NCBI GenBank assembly: GCA_049322655.1
Contig: JBMORP010000002.1
Span: 172,915 to 236,914 of the forward strand
Direction: 5' to 3'
DNA from: Patescibacteria group bacterium
GTDB lineage: Bacteria; Patescibacteriota; Microgenomatia; UBA1400; PJMF01
DNA: 64,000 bases
Below are positions 57,591 to 64,000 of the stretch, one piece after another; positions within the stretch are counted from its first letter, which is position 1; each line of letters opens with the position of its first letter. The notes below the pieces were generated by a model that was not told the DNA's origin, did no database searches, and worked only from the letters and a program-made list of their open reading frames with translations. A program made the position numbers and the translations under genes.

Positions 57591-57773
57591 ATGCAACGAC
57601 TTCTCCAATACTTCAGAGAGGTAATCCAAGAAATCAAGAAGGTTTCTTGGCCAACCAAGGAACAAACTTATAACAAGACTTTCTTGGTGGTAGTAGTCTC
57701 CCTAGTTGCAGCTTTATATATAGGCGGGCTAGATTACGTTTTTGCCAGATTAATGGCTATTGTACTAAGGTAA
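57591..57773 (+). CDS. secE: preprotein translocase subunit SecE
   Basis: 60 aa with a single C-terminal TM segment, directly upstream of nusG. Confidence 0.8.
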   Translation: MQRLLQYFREVIQEIKKVSWPTKEQTYNKTFLVVVVSLVAALYIGGLDYVFARLMAIVLR

Positions 57774-57777
57774 AAAT

Positions 57778-58410
57778 ATGACAGATAACACACAACAACC
57801 AGAAGATAAGAATTTGATTCCTCCAGAGGAACAAGAAGTTAAGGTGGAATCACCCAACTTGGTTCGTATCTCTGAAGAAGAGAACAAAAAAGCTCGTTGG
57901 TACGTCGTTCATGCTTATTCTGGTCACGAAAAAAAAGTGGCTGAGGCATTGAAGCAACGTGCTCAAACTCTACATTTGACCAATAAAATCTTAACCGTCT
58001 TGATTCCAAGTCAAGAAAAAATTCAAATCAAGCGTGGCCAACGCAAAACCGTGAGAGAAAAAATCTTTCCAGGTTATATGTTGGTCCAAATGGAAATGAC
58101 CGATGATGCTTGGTTGGCAGTTAGAACTACTCAAGGTGTCACAGGCTTTGTAGGGATGAGTAGTAAACCAACTCCACTACCAAGACATGAAGTAGAAGCT
58201 ATCCAAAAATATATGGATCAAGCAGAGCCTCAATTCAAAGCAGACTTTGTTGAAGGTGAAGCCGTCAAGATTACCGATGGTCCATTTGCTGAATTTTTGG
58301 GTACGGTTGACTCCATTGATGAAGAAAAAGGCCAAGTTAAGGTCTTGATTAACATCTTCGGTCGTGAAACACCAGTGGAAATGGACTTCTTACAAGTACA
58401 GAAAGTCTAG
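57778..58410 (+). CDS. nusG: transcription antiterminator NusG
   Basis: NGN domain plus C-terminal KOW (GEAVKITDGPFAEFLGTV). Confidence 0.9.
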   Translation: MTDNTQQPEDKNLIPPEEQEVKVESPNLVRISEEENKKARWYVVHAYSGHEKKVAEALKQRAQTLHLTNKILTVLIPSQEKIQIKRGQRKTVREKIFPGYMLVQMEMTDDAWLAVRTTQGVTGFVGMSSKPTPLPRHEVEAIQKYMDQAEPQFKADFVEGEAVKITDGPFAEFLGTVDSIDEEKGQVKVLINIFGRETPVEMDFLQVQKV

Positions 58411-58449
58411 ACTGCTGTGTTAGAATAGCGAATCTATAATAAGGAAAAT

Positions 58450-58875
58450 ATGGCAAAAAAAGTACAACAAGTTTTAAAGCTCAATCTACAGGGTGGTAGT
58501 GCCACTCCTGCTCCTCCAGTTGGTCCAGCTCTTGGTCAAACTGGGATTAACATGATGGACTTTTTAAAACAATATAATGATGCTACCAAAGATAAGCGTG
58601 GTCAGGTTATTCCTGCAGAAATCACTGTTTATCAAGATAAATCATTTACTTTTGTTTTAAAACTACCTCCAGTTTCTGACATGATTAAGAAAACCCTTAA
58701 TCTTAAAAAGGGTAGCAGTAACCCAAGCAGAGAATCTGCTGGCACTTTAACTATGGATCAAGTAAGAGAAATTGCTCAAGAAAAACTTCCAGACCTCAAT
58801 ACCAATAGTATTGATAGTGCTATTAACTCTGTTAAAGGCGCTGCTAGAAGTATGGGAATTCAGATAAAGGAATAA
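58450..58875 (+). CDS. rplK: ribosomal protein L11
   Basis: PPVGPALGQ motif. Confidence 0.95.
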   Translation: MAKKVQQVLKLNLQGGSATPAPPVGPALGQTGINMMDFLKQYNDATKDKRGQVIPAEITVYQDKSFTFVLKLPPVSDMIKKTLNLKKGSSNPSRESAGTLTMDQVREIAQEKLPDLNTNSIDSAINSVKGAARSMGIQIKE

Positions 58876-58879
58876 AACT

Positions 58880-59575
58880 ATGGGTAGCACAAAAAATGTA
58901 GACATGTCTAGCCAAGAAACTGAAGTCAAAGTCGTCGAGGCTCCTGATCAGGCTGACAAAAAAATAACAACAAAAACTAAAACTAGAACTCACAGCAAAA
59001 AATACGTAGCTGTTAAATCTAAAGTCGATAAAACCAAAAAATATGATCTTTTGGCAGCTATTGAATTGGTCAAACAACTTTCTTACAGTTCTTTTGCTGG
59101 CACTATTTCTGCTGAACTAATGGTTAAAGAGGCCGGCGTTACTGCCGAGGTTACTTTGCCCCACCAAACAGGACAAAGCAAAAAAGTAGTAATCGCTAGT
59201 GATGAAGTCTTAAAAGATATTGAAGCAGGTAATATTAATTTTGATATTTTGATTAGTTCCCCAGATTTTATGCCCAAATTAGCCAAGTTTGCTAGAGTTT
59301 TAGGTCCAAAGGGTTTAATGCCAAATCCCAAAAATGGTACTTTAACTTCCAATCCAGAAAGAGCTATTAAAGAGTTGTCTGCTGGAAAAATGTTAATCAA
59401 AACCGAAAGAAAAGCTCCATTAATGCACGTTTCTGTTGGTAAAGTCTCAATGGATAGTAAAGACATTAAAGAAAATATTGAAGCTTTAGTAAAACCAATA
59501 AAAACTAAACTCGTTAGATTAGCACTCTCAGCCTCAATGAGTCCGGGTGTTAAAGTTGATTTAGAAACTGTTTAA
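58880..59575 (+). CDS. rplA: ribosomal protein L1
   Basis: L1 fold sequence following rplK. Confidence 0.9.
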   Translation: MGSTKNVDMSSQETEVKVVEAPDQADKKITTKTKTRTHSKKYVAVKSKVDKTKKYDLLAAIELVKQLSYSSFAGTISAELMVKEAGVTAEVTLPHQTGQSKKVVIASDEVLKDIEAGNINFDILISSPDFMPKLAKFARVLGPKGLMPNPKNGTLTSNPERAIKELSAGKMLIKTERKAPLMHVSVGKVSMDSKDIKENIEALVKPIKTKLVRLALSASMSPGVKVDLETV

Positions 59576-59600
59576 ATTGTTTTAATTTAATTGACATTGA

Positions 59601-59631
59601 AAGCCACCGTTTAAAATCGGTGGCTTTTTTT
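59601..59631 (+). terminator. rho-independent terminator after rplA
   Basis: aagccaccg-tttaaaat-cggtggctt followed by T6. Confidence 0.7.
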
Positions 59632-59688
59632 ATAAAAAACTTACTTATGTTGGATCAAATAACACCTTCGACCTGAAAAGAGAAAAAA

Positions 59689-60243
59689 TTGAAGTACAAT
59701 AGACCAGTGACAAATATTTATAATTATATTGTCGGAAAAAATAAAGACGAATATCTTGTTGGTAATGAATTAAATGGTGGGTTTTTATTACAAATGATTG
59801 AGTTTGCCCATACTGATCAACAGATTATAGATCACACTTCTGATACTCAACGGTTTTCTTCTCTGGAAAACGCTCAAAAGTGGTTAAAAAAAGCTTCAAA
59901 ATACTTTTTTACTCTTTCCCCTATTAAAAATCGAAATCATTTAGCCGGAATCATTTGGTTTGAAAACTTGGAGTTGCCCAAAATACTAAAAGATAAATAT
60001 TCTACTAGTAATTGGACCTTTGGAATTAGAATTTATCAGTTTCACCGGGGCAATGGTTTGGCACTCCCATTTATGCAAACTGCTTTCAAAAAGTTCTTGA
60101 AACAATTTCCTCATCAACCAGTTTGGTTAAGCACTCAACTTAGCAATCAAACTGCTACAAATCTTTATCAAAAATTTGGTTTTAAAAAAATCGGTGAAGT
60201 TAACAATAAGGCTTACTTTTTATATGAACTGGATAATCGCTAG
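59689..60243 (+). CDS. GNAT family N-acetyltransferase
   Basis: C-terminal YQKFGFKKIGE acetyl-CoA binding pattern. Confidence 0.7.
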   Translation: MKYNRPVTNIYNYIVGKNKDEYLVGNELNGGFLLQMIEFAHTDQQIIDHTSDTQRFSSLENAQKWLKKASKYFFTLSPIKNRNHLAGIIWFENLELPKILKDKYSTSNWTFGIRIYQFHRGNGLALPFMQTAFKKFLKQFPHQPVWLSTQLSNQTATNLYQKFGFKKIGEVNNKAYFLYELDNR

Positions 60244-61090
60244 TGGACTAATGTTCCTATCCTCAGTCATTACCTACTTATTCGTGAGGTTGGCTAATAA
60301 CCAAAACATAGATAACTCTTTCAAGAATTTAGCTATGTTTTTGATCCCTGTCATAATTTATTTAGGAATCTCTGCCAAACAGCTAGAAACTCTTAATGTC
60401 ACTGGTTATCAACTGTTAGTGATCATAATCATGTCAATTTTCTTTTCTTACTTGGGCAATAAACTATCATTGAAGAGTATTGAATTGGCTCCAAACCCCG
60501 GCTTCAGTTTGGTTGTTTCCAAAAGTTATGTAGTTTTTACCACTCTAGCCGCTATCTTTCTTTTCAGCTCACCACTCTCAATAAAAGCTGCTCTAGCTAT
60601 TGGTTTAATTATTGTTGGCTCTGCCTTAATTATGGTTGAAAAGAAAAAAAATAACCAAGAACAGAATAATCTCACCTGGTTCTGGTTAGCTTTAGGAGCT
60701 TTTTTTTGCTGGGGTATGTTAGCCCTAACTTCAAAATACTTACTAGATTTGGGAGTTTCCATTTTGGGTAGATTAATTTACTCCATGATTATCGTTTCTG
60801 GAATCATTTTTGTTGAAATTTATCAAAAAAAAGTAAGCTTAAAAATTACAAAAAAACAACTACTTACATTGATAACCATTGGCATTTTTGGTGCCGGATT
60901 TAACTACTTTATGCAACTAGCCTATCAGCTAACTCCCAATATTGGTTACGTTAATGCGCTCAATGCCTCATCGATTGCCGCCGTTACTTTATTGTCTGGG
61001 TTGATTTTTAAAGATGAGCTAAAAATTAGAAAACTACTTGGAGTAGGAGTGGTTATTTTAGGCATGATCTTATTAGTCCTTACAAAGTGA
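60224..61090 (+). CDS. EamA/DMT family transporter
   Basis: About 10 TM helices with EamA repeats. Start set at the internal ATG. Confidence 0.7.
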   Translation: MNWIIASGLMFLSSVITYLFVRLANNQNIDNSFKNLAMFLIPVIIYLGISAKQLETLNVTGYQLLVIIIMSIFFSYLGNKLSLKSIELAPNPGFSLVVSKSYVVFTTLAAIFLFSSPLSIKAALAIGLIIVGSALIMVEKKKNNQEQNNLTWFWLALGAFFCWGMLALTSKYLLDLGVSILGRLIYSMIIVSGIIFVEIYQKKVSLKITKKQLLTLITIGIFGAGFNYFMQLAYQLTPNIGYVNALNASSIAAVTLLSGLIFKDELKIRKLLGVGVVILGMILLVLTK

Positions 61091-61131
61091 CAGCCTGCCT
61101 AACTCCGGGTACAATGGCTGTTACCTAGATT

Positions 61132-62319
61132 ATGAACAACCCAGAAACAATGACTTCAAACATTTCTCAAGATAATAAAGTTAGCAACTTTATTAAAATT
61201 CCCTCTCTGGGTACGATCGCTTCTGCTTTGGCAATTATTTTTCTAGTTTATGCTTTTTTCTCTGGAATTTTGCATCAATTCTATGCTAGCTTTTTGTTTT
61301 TCTTTTACTCATTCACCAATAGAATGTGGATTTCGGTGATGATGCTGGGTGTTTTTCAAACATTATTAATGATCCCATTCAGAGTAATTAGAATTGCCAA
61401 ATCAAATAATATTCAAGAGTTTCAACACACAGTAGAAAAACTTAAAAAAGATTCAGAACAAACTTTTGTTTTAAAGAAAAAATTCCGTCAAGGTAATCCA
61501 ACTTTTTTATTCTATGCCGTTGATTTTGTCATGCAGATTGTCTCATATGTTTCACTTGGTCGATTGTTCTTAACAGACTTTTACGCTAATAAAATCAATC
61601 CCAATCACCTTTACAGCTGGGTTGAATATCCAAATTACCCCATCCAAGATACTTGGTTTAAAATTCCCTATCCTTATGTTACTGAAACTGTTGATTTTGG
61701 CTGGAAAGTGGTTGTTCCAGTTTGGATTGCCTTAGTAGTAATCCAATTGATTGTTATTATCTTCAAAAGAGCTAGTAAAAACAAACCGGTAGTTGATCCA
61801 GCAGAACAAACCCAAGAAGAACAAAAATTCAACGAAGTTACCGAAAAAATCAATAAATACACGACTGGCTATCTACTCTTATTCATGTTGATGGCTTGGT
61901 TTTTGGTTAGAAGTTTCCCTGTGGAGTGGCAAATTAATATTTTCAGTGGTGATGTTTCTATTCCCAACAGAACTTTTAATACCGTAACAGCAATTGCCAC
62001 TTTTATTACTATGATGTGGCATGGCATCCCTAGAATTGTGAGGAAAGGCGCTTTAGCAGAAAAACTAGGCATCCCAACCAAGATTATTGAAAAAACTCAA
62101 AAACAAATGTTTAAAGACTCTCTATTTACCGCTACTTTGGTTGGCTTAGGTGCATTTTTTATTACTAACCAAATTCCCAGTGCCTTTGAGTTATCGATTT
62201 TTACCCTTGAGGTTATCTCTCTTTTGTCTCCTTTTACTCTAGATAAAGTGGTACTGGGTAGTTTGTCGGTCAAGAAAAACGAAGTCACAGAAGAAGAAGT
62301 GAAAAAACAATTTAAGTAA
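61132..62319 (+). CDS. divergent YidC/Oxa1-like membrane insertase
   Basis: GVFQTLLMIPFRVIRI...NPTFLFYAVDFVMQIVSYVSL follows the YidC core pattern G..I.LLTI.VR...PL...NP...G.LP...Q.P.F.ALY. Confidence 0.55.
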   Translation: MNNPETMTSNISQDNKVSNFIKIPSLGTIASALAIIFLVYAFFSGILHQFYASFLFFFYSFTNRMWISVMMLGVFQTLLMIPFRVIRIAKSNNIQEFQHTVEKLKKDSEQTFVLKKKFRQGNPTFLFYAVDFVMQIVSYVSLGRLFLTDFYANKINPNHLYSWVEYPNYPIQDTWFKIPYPYVTETVDFGWKVVVPVWIALVVIQLIVIIFKRASKNKPVVDPAEQTQEEQKFNEVTEKINKYTTGYLLLFMLMAWFLVRSFPVEWQINIFSGDVSIPNRTFNTVTAIATFITMMWHGIPRIVRKGALAEKLGIPTKIIEKTQKQMFKDSLFTATLVGLGAFFITNQIPSAFELSIFTLEVISLLSPFTLDKVVLGSLSVKKNEVTEEEVKKQFK

Positions 62320-62329
62320 AAAAAGTTAG

Positions 62330-62475
62330 ATATGTTTAAAGATTTGTGGTCTTTTTTAATGGAAAACAAAAAATGGTGGCTTATTCCACCAGTAATTATT
62401 TTTACCATCTTTGGTTTGTTAATTGTTTTTTCATCATCTAATGCAGTGAGCCCTTTTATTTATATGATATTTTAG
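62330..62475 (+). CDS. small membrane protein (46 aa), DUF5989/SxtK-like partner of carbamoyltransferases; not in ORF track
   Basis: Translation MFKDLWSFLMENKKWWLIPPVIIFTIFGLLIVFSSSNAVSPFIYMIF has W.F...KKWWL.P.I...GLLIV....AV.PFIY as I recall for the family. Confidence 0.5.
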
Positions 62476-62479
62476 TAAC

Positions 62480-62695
62480 ATGATCTTTTTGACAAAAATA
62501 AAAATAGTCATAAAAAATATCCAGTTAATAGTATTTAAAATACTAAATATTGTTTCCTCACTGGCTTTTTACTTTCTGGGGATTGGTTCCACCAAAATTT
62601 TTGCAGTTATTTTTAGAAAGAAATTTTTAGAAAAGTCATTTTCAGCTTCTGCTTGGAAAAAATCGAGTAACTTTAGCCTGGAAAAACAATATTAA
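62480..62695 (+). CDS. small hydrophobic ORF between DUF5989 and the carbamoyltransferase (possibly an SxtJ-like remnant)
   Basis: ORF-track entry, tightly packed between two real genes. Weak evidence only. Confidence 0.3.
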   Translation: MIFLTKIKIVIKNIQLIVFKILNIVSSLAFYFLGIGSTKIFAVIFRKKFLEKSFSASAWKKSSNFSLEKQY

Positions 62696-62696
62696 T

Positions 62697-64000
62697 ATGA
62701 ATATTCTTGGAATTTCTTGTTATTACCATGATTCGGCAGCCTGCTTAATAACAGATGGATTAATCAAAGCGGCTGTTGCCGAAGAGAGGTTCACTAGAAA
62801 AAAACATGATAATAGTTTTCCTTTTAAAGCTATTGACTATTGCTTAAAAGAATTTAAAAAATCAATTAATGAGCTAGACGCCATAGTTTTTTATGAAAAA
62901 CCCATTATTAAATTTGAAAGAATAATTCATCAACATTTAGAAAATTTTCCTAAAAGTCTTCCGGCTGCTATAGAATCAATTCCTCAATGGTTTGATCAAA
63001 AACTTAGAATAGAAAAAATTTTGAAAGAAAAACTAAATTACTATGGAAAAATATATTACTCATCACACCACTTGTCTCACGCTGCTAGTACTTACTATTT
63101 ATCAGGATTTGAAAAATCTATAATCTTAACCATTGATGGTGTTGGAGAATGGGCAACTACCACATTGGGAGTTGGCAAAAACAAAAATATTAAAATTGAC
63201 CAAGAAATTAATTTTCCTCACTCTCTTGGCTTACTTTATAGCACTCTTACTACTTATCTTGGTTTTTCTGCCAATGATGCTGAATATAAGGTAATGGGTT
63301 TAGCTGCTTATGGAAATCCAGATAAATACATGGATAAATTTGATCAATTGATAACTCAATTTCCTGATGGTAGCTACCAGCTAAATCAAAAATACTTTGA
63401 TTTTGATTGGTCCAATAAAAAAATGTACTCCAAAAAACTTGTTAAGCTATTTGGTCATAAGCCTAGAAAACCAGAGAGTCATGCTTACAAGTATCACCAA
63501 GACATTGCTGCTTCACTGCAAAAAAAACTTGAAGAAATAGTGATTAATCTGCTGAACCAAGCTTATAAAAAATACAAGTTATCGAATCTTTGTTTATCTG
63601 GCGGAGTTGCCTTAAATTCTGTCTTGAATGGAAAAATACTTACATCAACTCCATTTAAAAGGTTGTATATCCCGCCTGATCCTGGTGATGCTGGTGGGGC
63701 CATGGGAGCAGCCCTTTATTTGGCCGCTCAAAAAGACAAACACCTCATTCAATGGAAAAAATTCACTCCATATTTGGGACCAGAATATGCTTGGTATGAT
63801 GTACAAAAAACTCTCAAAAAAATGAATATTGCTTACACCTTTTATCCAAATAAGGACAAGTTGATTAAAAGTGTTGCAAAAAAACTAAAAAAGCAAAAAA
63901 TCATTGGCTGGTTTCAAGGAAAAATGGAATGGGGTCCAAGGGCTCTAGGTAACAGAAGTATTTTGGCTTCTGCCACAAATATTAAGATGAGAGATATTAT
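62697..64000 (+). CDS. carbamoyltransferase (NodU/CmcH/TobZ family), 3'-partial at window end
   Basis: MNILGISCYYHDSAACLI, SHHLSHAAS, DGVGEWATT and GDAGG blocks. Runs off the window end. Confidence 0.85.
   Translation, partial: MNILGISCYYHDSAACLITDGLIKAAVAEERFTRKKHDNSFPFKAIDYCLKEFKKSINELDAIVFYEKPIIKFERIIHQHLENFPKSLPAAIESIPQWFDQKLRIEKILKEKLNYYGKIYYSSHHLSHAASTYYLSGFEKSIILTIDGVGEWATTTLGVGKNKNIKIDQEINFPHSLGLLYSTLTTYLGFSANDAEYKVMGLAAYGNPDKYMDKFDQLITQFPDGSYQLNQKYFDFDWSNKKMYSKKLVKLFGHKPRKPESHAYKYHQDIAASLQKKLEEIVINLLNQAYKKYKLSNLCLSGGVALNSVLNGKILTSTPFKRLYIPPDPGDAGGAMGAALYLAAQKDKHLIQWKKFTPYLGPEYAWYDVQKTLKKMNIAYTFYPNKDKLIKSVAKKLKKQKIIGWFQGKMEWGPRALGNRSILASATNIKMRDI

Noticed and set aside
63628-63825. 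65-aa ORF
   Set aside because: It is an alternative frame inside the carbamoyltransferase gene.
1-64000. Alternative genetic code (UGA recoded, as in Gracilibacteria or mycoplasmas)
   Set aside because: Long housekeeping ORFs are intact under the standard code. TGA terminates radC and the folA-like gene. tRNA-Trp has a CCA anticodon. RF1 is present.
1-64000. CRISPR arrays, rRNA genes, IS or transposase genes
   Set aside because: I see no regularly spaced direct repeats, no rRNA-like conserved stretches and no transposase- or integrase-like ORFs.

Overview
This is a gene-dense, low-GC (about 35-38% by eye) window from a small-genome bacterium. From gene content and architecture I infer it is possibly a Patescibacteria/CPR-like lineage. 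Most proteins are compact and there is an archaeal-type UMP kinase. The genetic code is standard. TGA is used as a stop (radC, folA-like). RF1 is present. tRNA-Trp carries a CCA anticodon. No CCA is encoded on the tRNAs.

Most of the window is housekeeping. Recognisable genes are hisS, rpmE, prfA, ctpA, glmS, rpsF-ssb-rpsR, ychF, tgt, radC, cysS, hpf, recR, nadD/nadE, topA-dprA, a PBP2-mreD-mreC operon, def-fmt, rpmB, pyrH, rpmG, secE-nusG-rplK-rplA, galU and a yidC-like gene. A thymidylate metabolism supercluster contains tmk, a Maf-like protein, dut, folA, a CofE-like protein, a dCMP deaminase fusion, a HIT protein and thyA. Five tRNAs are present: Ala-CGC, Trp-CCA, Thr-UGU, Tyr-GUA and Thr-GGU.

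Non-routine signals worth a second look:
- A zinc-ribbon/TIR-like protein sits at the end of a long operon that also carries two Nudix hydrolases, a P-loop kinase, an SGNH hydrolase, an SDR and a Gfo/Idh/MocA oxidoreductase. This is a candidate NAD-derived nucleotide signalling or defence-like module.
- A 1.2 kb high-GC island encodes a single lipoprotein. It lies between prfA and an MFS transporter and is flanked by inverted-repeat debris.
- A 15-codon leader ORF with three consecutive His codons, plus an antiterminator/terminator pair, sits directly upstream of hisS.
- An MreB homolog occupies the canonical mreB slot, but all three nucleotide-binding motifs are degenerate.
- A GC-rich, about 160-nt element closed by a roughly 25-bp helix lies next to the tRNA cluster.
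- The tRNA-Tyr 3' end is directly repeated about 115 bp downstream, an att-like scar.
- glmS has an unusually long leader (about 380 nt) containing an ACGAGGA core.
- Further oddities: an atypical orphan OmpR-type regulator, tandem Gln/Glu/Lys-rich disordered proteins, and a carbamoyltransferase with an SxtK-like DUF5989 partner.

I derived the coordinates of non-ORF features by hand; they may be off by 1-2 nt.
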